From an uncultured Candidatus Bathyarchaeia archaeon (GTDB lineage Archaea > Thermoproteota > Bathyarchaeia > Bathyarchaeales > DTEX01), in NCBI GenBank assembly GCA_964411115.1, contig CAYPJR010000003.1:1-37301 (forward strand): DNA of 37,301 nt. The letters are read 5' to 3'. The position numbers and the translations under genes were made by a program. Under the pieces are notes generated by a model. It worked only from the letters and a program-made list of their open reading frames with translations, made no database searches and was not told the origin of the DNA. Numbering within the stretch: the stretch's first letter is position 1; the number at the start of each line of letters is the position of its first letter. Positions 27,726 through 35,613 of this stretch are shown piece after piece.

Positions 27726-30707
27726 TCAGCGGCGGGAGGATCCTAGATGTTTTTGCTGGGCAGTATATTCAAGAACTAATCGTCGAATGAAGGAGGCTGT
27801 TTGATGGATTTCATACTTCTCTTTCGACAGGTTTCCCCTAACTTTGCTTTTAGAAATGAGAATTAAATCGCACATGTGTTTTTCGTCTCTTCTCTCCGCA
27901 AATATTAAATCGTTGTCTGTGGCAACTCTTAACTCTCCCTGAGCATGTGTAAACCTTATTCGCCATACTTCTCTCCTAGAAGAAATCATCGGTTCATCCA
28001 GCCTCTTCCATTCCGCTGATTCAACTTCAACTTTCTCAGATACACCCTCAGAATAGCTGCGAAATCTATCAAGCAGAAAAGTGAAAAGCTGCCTAGCGTT
28101 CTCATAAGGAATCTTCAGCGGAAGCGTTAAAACCCACGGGTCTTCCGGCGTTCTAGGTTCCCTCTCAATTTTCCATCTCTTCATCGTGGAAGGTGTAACT
28201 ATTGTTGACGCTTTACTGGCTGGTAGAGATGAGGCGAGAGCCGCTATTCCGATGGAGAGGCATAGGACCAATATTGCCCATCCAGCTTCAACTTTAATTT
28301 TAACACCTAATGACGCGCCGAGCATGCTCATAATCCGGTAGCTGCACAAGCCAAGAAGATAGCCTACGCTTCCTGAAGCTACGCCTATCGTGACAGCTTC
28401 TGCGATGAAGATTAATGTTATATGCACAGGGTTTAATCCAATAGTTGATAGTATTAGAACCTCCCGTTTTCTTTCGTAGACTGAAGATAAGAAAACCATG
28501 CCGATATTTAAAACCACAAGGGCTAAGGTGACGGGCATTAATGCGAAACCGCTGAATACTGAATACTGCCCAACATATATTTTAATTATCCCTCCACCTG
28601 CGCAAACGTAAGCCTCTATATTCGGCCAGTTTAAAACTGCTAAACGAGCCATCTCTTCAGGGCTTGACGCCTTAAATGATATCCTTGAAATAATCGTTTG
28701 ACTAAGGGTGCACGCAGCCTCCCAATGCATTATAACCACCTTGCCTCCGGAGCAGGAATCAACCATAGCTCCAGATCCAGCTGGGATTAAACGTGAAGGA
28801 ACAAAACTCTTCCCGTCGAATTCCCTTACATTTTCAATGCGCGTGCCATCAAAAATGCCTTTAATAATAAAAGTCCGACCTAGAAGAGTTACAGTCTCAT
28901 TCAATCCTGTTTTAAGGGCTTCTGAAGCCTCACTACTTATCAGTATCCCACTTAAATCCATGTCGTCAAGCATATCCCCCTTAAGCAAAATTTCGTCTAT
29001 CTCGGTGACATAGGCTTCCTGGCTTGGGAGAATCCCAATAAGCCCCTGGATGGTGAAGTTTAATTTTAGAAGCGGGTTTATCAATGTGCCGATAGGGTTT
29101 AGTTGAGGGATATTTTCAACCTTCGGCGCTATGGTGGCTACTTCGGATCTTTCCCTCAGCCATTGAATTATGTTGCCATCGATCGAATTGTAAGGGTTAA
29201 GTTCGTTTCCGCTTGGGCTACGTAGCAAAACCCCATCCGTGGATGGGATCCGCTTAGCATACACTGGAGAAGTCGCCAACCCTCTTTCGAGGGAGAACGA
29301 TGTTAATGTTATGAAGGAAAAAATTGATATCGCTAGGGATAGCGATGCGAGAGCAGATCGTAGTTTTCTCCTCCTCAAATTTCTAGCCGAGATTGAGAAG
29401 GCTGCCGCTAAGGCGTCAACTAGACATAACCCCTGATCAGACTTGGCGCTTCTGAAAAGTAAAGGTAAAGAAAATATGAGGAAATATAGCGCTGAGAATG
29501 AAATTGCAAATAAAAGCGCTGTTGGGAGAGCGCTTAAAAATGAGGAGTGCAACCAGTCATGAAAAGTTTTTTGAAATATGCTATAGCCAGGGTGAAAAAT
29601 GTATAATGCGGAGAAAAGTAGGACATATGCTAGTAAGCTCACAATTATCCGGCGCTTAGTTTCATCGAGAAAGATTTGGGAAAGCAATATTGCTGTAAAA
29701 GCCAAAAATGGGGTTATAAAGAAGACTGCAAATAAAGAGTTTCTCCGCATATCCAGCAATGCTTCTTTTACATCCGTTATAATTAGATGCGCCTCTCTAA
29801 GAGAGGCGAAAACAGCATCGTAATCGCCGCGGCTTAAAGCCTCATGTCCCATCTCAATTAACTTCTCAGTTAACGCCACCCTATTCTCTTCATAAGAGAC
29901 GTAGAAGCCGAACGCCCTATTCTCCTCAATAATCTTTTTAACCTCAGCGAGCCGCTGGTAAATGCCACCCTGAGTAGCTTCATATTCCAAATATAAGTCC
30001 CGCGCATTTAGAAGAATTAATTCGCCCTGTTTGGCGTTAGAAAACCTTTCGCCATCAATCGTAAAGATCTTTTCAGAGCCATCATAAAAATACATGTGCA
30101 CCTCAATCTCCGTGGGTAAACCGAGGGGAAGAATTACTGAGGTATAGTAGTACTGGATGCTGATATTTAGAATTCTATTCGCTAGGTAAGCCGGACCGTA
30201 ATGAACGATGGATCCGCTTTCTTCATGAGATCCAATAACCCTAAATAGGATGGCTCTAACCATTTCCATAGATTCAAAAGCGCGGAAATCTCTATCGATT
30301 CTTCCCTCAATCCTTATGGAGAAGCCTCTTGTAAGCATGAATGTAACATTTCTTTCCTCCTCAATTGTCAATCTTATCTGAGATGGCACGTAATCAAAGC
30401 CTGGGGTGCCGGCATCATCCCAATAGGCTATTATTGTGTAGAAACCCTTAGGCAAGCCTTCAACGCTGTAAAAGCCCATTTCATCGGCTTCCACCGTTAA
30501 AGGCGTCCTCTCAACGCTCCAAAAAATCACCTTCGCGTAAGGTATCGGCTGCTGAGTTAAATTATCTACTACTTTGCCAAAAATCCTAATGTTATCTTGG
30601 CCGCTAACTTTAACGGGTGAAATGCTTGTTAATGCCATGAGAAGCAGGAGAGAGAAAAATGGAATTTTCATCCTGGAAAAAAGATTTTTTAAGACCATTC
30701 GGCCCAC
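27726..30707 (-). CDS. large FtsX/MacB-like permease with N-terminal signal peptide and carboxypeptidase-regulatory-like beta domain
   Basis: IFGKVVD..TQQPIPYAKV, RNLRRRKLRS.L, SVYERKREV.ILS.IGLNP..I..IF.AEA, multiple TM clusters. Confidence 0.8.
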   Translation of the reverse strand: MGRMVLKNLFSRMKIPFFSLLLLMALTSISPVKVSGQDNIRIFGKVVDNLTQQPIPYAKVIFWSVERTPLTVEADEMGFYSVEGLPKGFYTIIAYWDDAGTPGFDYVPSQIRLTIEEERNVTFMLTRGFSIRIEGRIDRDFRAFESMEMVRAILFRVIGSHEESGSIVHYGPAYLANRILNISIQYYYTSVILPLGLPTEIEVHMYFYDGSEKIFTIDGERFSNAKQGELILLNARDLYLEYEATQGGIYQRLAEVKKIIEENRAFGFYVSYEENRVALTEKLIEMGHEALSRGDYDAVFASLREAHLIITDVKEALLDMRRNSLFAVFFITPFLAFTAILLSQIFLDETKRRIIVSLLAYVLLFSALYIFHPGYSIFQKTFHDWLHSSFLSALPTALLFAISFSALYFLIFSLPLLFRSAKSDQGLCLVDALAAAFSISARNLRRRKLRSALASLSLAISIFSFITLTSFSLERGLATSPVYAKRIPSTDGVLLRSPSGNELNPYNSIDGNIIQWLRERSEVATIAPKVENIPQLNPIGTLINPLLKLNFTIQGLIGILPSQEAYVTEIDEILLKGDMLDDMDLSGILISSEASEALKTGLNETVTLLGRTFIIKGIFDGTRIENVREFDGKSFVPSRLIPAGSGAMVDSCSGGKVVIMHWEAACTLSQTIISRISFKASSPEEMARLAVLNWPNIEAYVCAGGGIIKIYVGQYSVFSGFALMPVTLALVVLNIGMVFLSSVYERKREVLILSTIGLNPVHITLIFIAEAVTIGVASGSVGYLLGLCSYRIMSMLGASLGVKIKVEAGWAILVLCLSIGIAALASSLPASKASTIVTPSTMKRWKIEREPRTPEDPWVLTLPLKIPYENARQLFTFLLDRFRSYSEGVSEKVEVESAEWKRLDEPMISSRREVWRIRFTHAQGELRVATDNDLIFAERRDEKHMCDLILISKSKVRGNLSKEKYEIHQTASFIRRLVLEYTAQQKHLGSSRR

Positions 30708-31504
30708 CCGATCCTCCCGTTGAACTTCCTCATCGAATAGATAAATTGAATTGGAGTTTTAAACAAGTAGGGGTTCCAATTTAGGTACTCTAATATTTCG
30801 CTATTCTCCGTAAAGGTTGCATTAACGTGGGCTCCCTCCCGATCATACCGCTGAAAGGTAACTGTTGTTGAATTTCCAACCAGATAAAGGGCAATTAACC
30901 TCTGATCGTTTAGGTAGCATAAGCATTCTTCTAATGAGCTGGTTTTTTGAGAACCGCTCACCCTAATCATTACTGATATCTCAGTTATCGTTTCCCCTCT
31001 TATCGTTTCAAAACGTAAATAGGTTTTATTCATGAAAGCGTTTATCGTTTGATGCGCATAGACATTCACATACAGATGCGGGAACCCATAATCCTCAGCG
31101 ATCATATTTAGTAAGCTACTGTTGCTCATGAAAGCCAGCGTATATCTGCTCCAACCTGATTTTTTCGGCCCAGCTTTGAAATCATTTATTGGAACAGTTA
31201 TGTACATGAAAAAGTATTTTTCCCCCCTCCCATCAAACAGGAGTTTTCCAGAACCAACGTATAAATCCACTTGTCTCTCTACGCCATTGGAAAATTCCGC
31301 TATTCTTTCTGGAATATTGATCAAGTTTAATGGAAAAGTGATCACGAAAACATTTTCCTCCTCAATCTCTATGTTCTTCCAGTAAAAATCAAGTTTAGGC
31401 TCCCTCATATTCATCATAAAAGCAGCGGCGGCAAAAATCACTATTAAAGTCATAATTAAAGCGATGGTCTTCTTAAATGTAATTTTGATCGAACCTAAAG
31501 GCAT
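30689..31504 (-). CDS. hypothetical membrane-anchored beta-rich protein
   Basis: 271-aa ORF with N-terminal signal/anchor, overlapping the permease start by 19 bp. Confidence 0.65.
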   Translation of the reverse strand: MPLGSIKITFKKTIALIMTLIVIFAAAAFMMNMREPKLDFYWKNIEIEEENVFVITFPLNLINIPERIAEFSNGVERQVDLYVGSGKLLFDGRGEKYFFMYITVPINDFKAGPKKSGWSRYTLAFMSNSSLLNMIAEDYGFPHLYVNVYAHQTINAFMNKTYLRFETIRGETITEISVMIRVSGSQKTSSLEECLCYLNDQRLIALYLVGNSTTVTFQRYDREGAHVNATFTENSEILEYLNWNPYLFKTPIQFIYSMRKFNGRIGWAEWS

Positions 31505-31819
31505 AATGGATGCCAGCTTCTTTGATCATTTTTGATCAGACTTAAATATTTAAGAGTTTTTCAAAAACCTTAATAGCGTCAACGAACACTGAGAAAACCG
31601 ACTGATGAACAAGTCATAGCAGATTGCTAGATTAAAAAGAACATGCCACATTAGCGGCTTCTCGCTTGACGGGCGAAAATGAAAAACCCTCTATGGATCA
31701 GCTTGATCTAAACATGTAATAGCCCTGTTTTAGCGAAGTCTAATTCATGTAGGCGGCAGAATTACCGGTTTAATTTCTGCCTATAAAGAAAAGTTTTATC
31801 TATGCACTAAAAAAGTAAA

Positions 31820-32872
31820 ATGAGGAAAATTATGAGAGCTGTAAGGCTTCACGGCGTAAAAGATCTGCGCTTAGAAGAGGTTGAGGAGCCGGGGATTGGC
31901 GAGGACGAGGTTCTCGTAAGAGTTAGGGCTGCAACTATCTGCGCTACTGACGTTCGAATTTATACGTATGGCGATCCCCGCGTTAAATTGCCGCGAATTT
32001 TGGGCCATGAATTCGCCGGGGATATTGAAAAAGTTGGCGCAAACCTGAGGGGCCATTTTAAAATCGGCGTGAGGGTGACTGTCAACCCAAACATGTATTG
32101 TGGAAGATGCATATACTGCATTAGTGGTAGGCATGAGCTCTGCGCTTCACGATACGCCCTCGGAATTGATGCTGATGGGGCATTGGCGGAATACATTAGA
32201 ATACCCTCCGAAGCCTTTAGAACAGGCGCTATATGCGAGATTCCGGACAGCCTCTCATATGAGGAGGCAGCGCTCATCGAGCCCCTCTCAGCATGTTTTC
32301 ATGGGCAAAGCATCGCCCAAATAGGAATTGGCGATATAGTGGCGGTTATAGGGGCCGGGCCAATAGGGCTAATGCATGTTATTTTAGCGAAGGCATTAGG
32401 CGCTTCCAAAGTCATCGTAAGCGAGGTGGAAGAAGAAAGGTTAAGGGAGGCTGTAAACTTCGGAGCAGACCACGTAATTAATCCGCTGAAAGAGGATCTC
32501 TCTTCAAAGGTTAATAAAATCACATGTGAGCATGGGGCGGACGTAGTAATAGTTGCTGTAGGATCGCCAATAGCACAGCAGCAAGCCCTATCAATAGCTG
32601 CAAGAGGCGGTAAAATAATTCTCTTCGCCGGGCTTCCAGCCGGCAAAGAAACAGTTCCATTAAACACAAACTTAATACATTATAAAGAAATTTCAGTCTT
32701 CGGCTCTTCTTCCCAATCAATTTATGACTTTCATAAAACATTAAATCTCGTCAAATGCGGCATGCTCAATGTAAAACGTTTCATAACGAGCCGCCTCCCG
32801 CTGGAGGAGACGCCTAAAGCGTTCGAGATGGTTTCTTCAAGGCGCGGATTAAAAGTTTGCATCAACCCATAA
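31820..32872 (+). CDS. zinc-dependent medium-chain dehydrogenase (L-iditol/sorbitol dehydrogenase-like)
   Basis: ICATD, GHEFAG, CGRCIYC..G...LC, IEPLS, GAGPIG, N.IHYKEI. Confidence 0.92.
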   Translation: MRKIMRAVRLHGVKDLRLEEVEEPGIGEDEVLVRVRAATICATDVRIYTYGDPRVKLPRILGHEFAGDIEKVGANLRGHFKIGVRVTVNPNMYCGRCIYCISGRHELCASRYALGIDADGALAEYIRIPSEAFRTGAICEIPDSLSYEEAALIEPLSACFHGQSIAQIGIGDIVAVIGAGPIGLMHVILAKALGASKVIVSEVEEERLREAVNFGADHVINPLKEDLSSKVNKITCEHGADVVIVAVGSPIAQQQALSIAARGGKIILFAGLPAGKETVPLNTNLIHYKEISVFGSSSQSIYDFHKTLNLVKCGMLNVKRFITSRLPLEETPKAFEMVSSRRGLKVCINP

Positions 32873-32878
32873 TTTTCC

Positions 32879-33130
32879 TCAGAGATTTTGATCTGTAAAG
32901 CAGTATTCCCTCTTTTTAGATGATCTTACAAGTCCCCCTCTCCATATGAGCTAATAGTTGATGCCCATAACATATGCCGAAATCTGGTAATTTCATCTCA
33001 AGAATTTTAAGATTGGCTTTAGGGGGAAATCTTCTTCATAAATGCTTAATGGTTTTCCTGAAAGTATCAATCCTTATAATATTTAACCGTTGGATTCCTG
33101 TTCCCATATTGCACGCTGTATTCGTTCAGA
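32879..33130 (-). pseudogene. guaA: decayed fragment of GMP synthase glutamine amidotransferase domain
   Basis: Manual translation over three frames gives GLILSGKPLSIYEED / PKANLKILEMKLPDFGICYGHQLLAHM / GLVRSSKKREY. Frameshifts fall at C5 and G5 runs, with an upstream in-frame stop. The 5' limit is approximate. Confidence 0.8.
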
Positions 33131-33182
33131 AAATTTCTAGGGGCAGAATATTTCCCATCTATTTATCGAAGGTCGGTTTGCC

Positions 33183-34142
33183 CTATTCGGGCGGTCTTTC
33201 CTCAGGCGGGATCAAAGCATTAAGGACGGGTTCAACCCATTTATCATTATTTACGTCATAAACGATGAAGTCGCTGTCGAACTGCCAGTAAGCCCAGCTC
33301 CACCCCATCTTTTCAGCCAGCCGCGCTACAAAGTTCAGGTAGCGGACGCGTGAAGCCATATCTGCCTTGTCGTATACTCCAAATTCCCCAAGAAACAGGG
33401 GGCGTTCATTCCTTTCAGACCAAGCCTGCGCCTTCTCAAAATCTTTAACGATCGCCTGCTTCTCTTCATCTGTGCCTCTCCATTCAACGCCAACCTTATC
33501 TCCCCTTCCCGCCCAGATTGCGCCTTGATGGGTGAAATCCATAGGGCGATAGTAGTGAACAGTAACAATGATGTTCCGATCATCTTCCGGCAGTTCAAGA
33601 TAATCCAGAAAGTCAATATCGTTCCAGTTTCCAGGTCCAATGATAACTGTTCTCTCCGGGTTTGTTTCGCGGATAACGGATAACGCTTCATGATGAAACT
33701 TATTCCAAAGATCAGGCGTCAGTTTCCCATGAGGTTCATTAAGTATTTCAAAAATAACATTATCCGAGCTGTTCCTATAACGTTCCGCCATTTGTTTCCA
33801 TGCCGAGAGAAACCTATCTTTGTTGCCCAACGGATCTTTACCCATGGCTATAAACTCATGGAAATCAAGTACAACCATAAGGTTGTTGCTGAGAGCTTCT
33901 CCAATCGCCCAGTCCAGGACTTTAAGCCATCCTTCCCTTAGCCTATTTTCCTCATCGATCCCATCGTCTCGAAAAGGATGCAATTGGATACGTACACTGT
34001 TAAATCCAGCCTGCTTAATTAAAGCGAAATGCTTATCCTTCATCCTTGCTCTAGAGGGCAACCTCCAAACCGGATCGTACCCCAGAATATTTACACCTCT
34101 GCCGAGACACCGATTCTGCTCAAAAACATATGTTTCTCTCAT
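33183..34142 (-). CDS. glycoside hydrolase family 5 (endoglucanase/mannanase, Thermotoga Cel5A-like), no signal peptide
   Basis: RGVN, GFNSVRI, LDFH, FEILNEP (acid/base Glu), VHYY, FTHQGA, LGEFG (nucleophile Glu), WAYW. Confidence 0.93.
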   Translation of the reverse strand: MRETYVFEQNRCLGRGVNILGYDPVWRLPSRARMKDKHFALIKQAGFNSVRIQLHPFRDDGIDEENRLREGWLKVLDWAIGEALSNNLMVVLDFHEFIAMGKDPLGNKDRFLSAWKQMAERYRNSSDNVIFEILNEPHGKLTPDLWNKFHHEALSVIRETNPERTVIIGPGNWNDIDFLDYLELPEDDRNIIVTVHYYRPMDFTHQGAIWAGRGDKVGVEWRGTDEEKQAIVKDFEKAQAWSERNERPLFLGEFGVYDKADMASRVRYLNFVARLAEKMGWSWAYWQFDSDFIVYDVNNDKWVEPVLNALIPPEERPPE

Positions 34143-34180
34143 GATATTTCGCCCATACGTAGGTTTATAGGATCTTCCAG

Positions 34181-34306
34181 TTAAAGCTTTTCAACATTAA
34201 ACGGTTCAAGGAAACTGGGGACATACTCATTCAGCAGACGCCTCTGATCGAGGACGGCGACGAAAGTCCAATTCTTATGAACATCCAAACCAATATAGAC
34301 GCTCAT
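34181..34306 (-). mobile_element. IS110-family transposase N-terminal remnant
   Basis: Manual translation MSVYIGLDVHKNWTFVAVLDQRRLLNEYVPSFLEPFNVEKL* followed by LE. YIGLDVHK..VAVLD is the IS110 DEDD N-terminal signature. Confidence 0.72.
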
Positions 34307-34468
34307 AATATGGCATAAGCACCGCAAACTTAAAACCCTTCTAATGCCATTCGCACGCCATCCATTATGATGCTGCGCGTAGCTAGTTGAGGCACCCTTT
34401 TAGTTTCTTCATGCGGCTTTAAGGGGGAACACTGCGGAGGAAAGCCTGAAAAATACCTATAGGGGGTA

Positions 34469-34502
34469 TCAATTTTAGCCTGAAAATTCAAGCTAAAATT
34501 GA
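34469..34502. repeat. 34-bp near-perfect inverted repeat
   Basis: TCAATTTTAGC-C-TGAA-AA-TTCA-A-GCTAAAATTGA. Confidence 0.8.
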
Positions 34503-34561
34503 ACATCATTCCTTTGACGCTTAAGAAGCCTTAAAAATTCATCATTCGCCCCTTCATTTTT

Positions 34562-34720
34562 ATGGTGGTGAAATTTTTGGCGTCCCGTCTGAAAAGGCTT
34601 GAAAAGGGGGAGTGGGAGGAGAAGATTTGGAAAGCTGATCGGGAATTTCAGGAATGGCGAAAAAAGCAGGCTCCAGCATTAGCCGCTTTAAACTCATGTA
34701 TACAGTTAAGGGAGGGATAG
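34562..34720 (+). CDS. small hypothetical protein (52 aa, below ORF-track cutoff)
   Basis: MVVKFLASRLKRLEKGEWEEKIWKADREFQEWRKKQ...; GGTGGTGA RBS suggests an internal TTG start. First of three tightly packed ORFs. Confidence 0.45.
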   Translation: MVVKFLASRLKRLEKGEWEEKIWKADREFQEWRKKQAPALAALNSCIQLREG

Positions 34721-34724
34721 AGAA

Positions 34725-34910
34725 GTGAGGGAGAGAACAATCACTGTTATTTTTGTTTGGAGCGGCAGGCAGGTGAAGGTTCCAGCCCGCATGTACAGCG
34801 ACCTTAAACATTTAAACGCCCGCCTCCTTAAGGCCGGCTCCAGCAAGCCTGGCCGGCGAGGAGGAAAAGAGCCAAAATGGAGAATGATGAGGCGGTTCAA
34901 ATCACGATAA
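34725..34910 (+). CDS. small basic hypothetical protein
   Basis: GTG start preceded by GGAGG, 4 bp after the previous stop. Confidence 0.45.
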   Translation: MRERTITVIFVWSGRQVKVPARMYSDLKHLNARLLKAGSSKPGRRGGKEPKWRMMRRFKSR

Positions 34911-35104
34911 GCGTTCCTAAATCCTTGGTTCGCCTTATAGAGGACCATCTGCAGCCTTACGGATTCGGCGGCTACCCTAGTGTTAAGGAGTATGTTGAAG
35001 CCTGTGTGAAGCTGCAGGTTCAAGCGGACCTGGATAACTTGTATAGCGACCAAGAAGAAGTCCTAAAGCGATACGGAATAAGTAAAGAGCAGATAGATCC
35101 ATAA
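34877..35104 (+). CDS. ribbon-helix-helix (CopG-like) protein
   Basis: VQITISVPKSLVRLIE......GGYPSVKEYVEACV RHH pattern, GAGGAGG RBS and a pyrimidine tract after the stop. Confidence 0.7.
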   Translation: MENDEAVQITISVPKSLVRLIEDHLQPYGFGGYPSVKEYVEACVKLQVQADLDNLYSDQEEVLKRYGISKEQIDP

Positions 35105-35196
35105 AAACCCCTAAAACCCCCTTCTTTTTCTGTTTCTGGATCTATCGCATTAATTTTTTGTATGAAAAGCGGTTTCTAGTTTTGCTTCTCTTACCT

Positions 35197-35231
35197 AGTG
35201 TGCGTACATTAGTTTGGGAGTGTGCGCACAT
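35197..35231 (+). promoter_or_regulatory. tandem 13-bp palindromic operator-like repeats
   Basis: AGTGTGCGTACAT (35197-35209) and AGTGTGCGCACAT (35219-35231), 22-bp period. The second overlaps ATG 35230. Confidence 0.55.
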
Positions 35232-35538
35232 GGGTAGGTTAAAGCGCCGGGTCTCAATAAACCTAACGCCTGAAGTTCTTGAAAAAGCCCGGAAACTAGG
35301 CTTAAACATTTCCAGGATATGTGAAGAAGCCCTAAAACAAGAAATAGAGCGGATTTTAGGTTTAAAAGGCAGAAATGGGGGAAACCTAGGGGGCGAAGCC
35401 CCTGGAGTGGTAGCCCGGGAGAGATTCGAACTCTCGTCAGCGGGTCCAGAGCCCGCCATGCTTGACCGCTACACCACCGGGCTTCATCCGGCGCCGCTAA
35501 CCCCCCTTTTCTGGGGCAGAGTGTTCCCTCGGGGTTAG
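35230..35538 (+). CDS. CcdA-like RHH domain ORF reading antisense through tRNA-Gln; probable integrase N-terminal fragment of an integrated element
   Basis: KRRVSINLTPEVLEKARKLGLNISRICEEALKQEI is a CcdA-family pattern. There is no stop before the tRNA; VARERFELSS.. is the tRNA antisense translation. Confidence 0.65.
   Translation: MGRLKRRVSINLTPEVLEKARKLGLNISRICEEALKQEIERILGLKGRNGGNLGGEAPGVVARERFELSSAGPEPAMLDRYTTGLHPAPLTPLFWGRVFPRG
35408..35483 (-). tRNA. tRNA-Gln (anticodon CUG), intronless, CCA encoded
   Basis: AGCCCGG..GCGGG-CT-CTG-GA-CCCGC..GAGAGTTCGAATCTCTC-CCGGGCT-A-CCA, with the archaeal A1-U72 pair. Confidence 0.97.
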
Positions 35539-35613
35539 ATTATTGTGGTAAGGGGTTTATTTCCTTTTTGTTCTAAATATGCTTCTTCAGGGCTTGGTGC
35601 TTTTAGCGTCCGC

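Noticed and set aside
31602-31660. CTGATGA as a C-box or hammerhead start
   Set aside because: No properly spaced CTGA D box or stem II/GAAA
32974-33261. 95-aa plus-strand ORF
   Set aside because: Shadow of the minus-strand guaA fragment and the GH5 3' end
34244-34270. CTGATCGA..GAAA resembling a hammerhead ribozyme core
   Set aside because: There is an extra base in the CUGANGA box, GAAA lies inside rather than after the GGAC/GTCC stem, and the sequence is explained as the antisense of the IS110 stub
34894-34903. GGTTCAAATC matching the tRNA-Thr T-arm (possible attR)
   Set aside because: Only 10 bp, inside a coding region, and does not extend into the acceptor stem
34560-35459. Minus-strand ORFs 34560-34811, 34706-35053 and 35142-35459
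   Set aside because: Antisense to RBS-bearing plus-strand ORFs with RHH motifs or overlapping the tRNA
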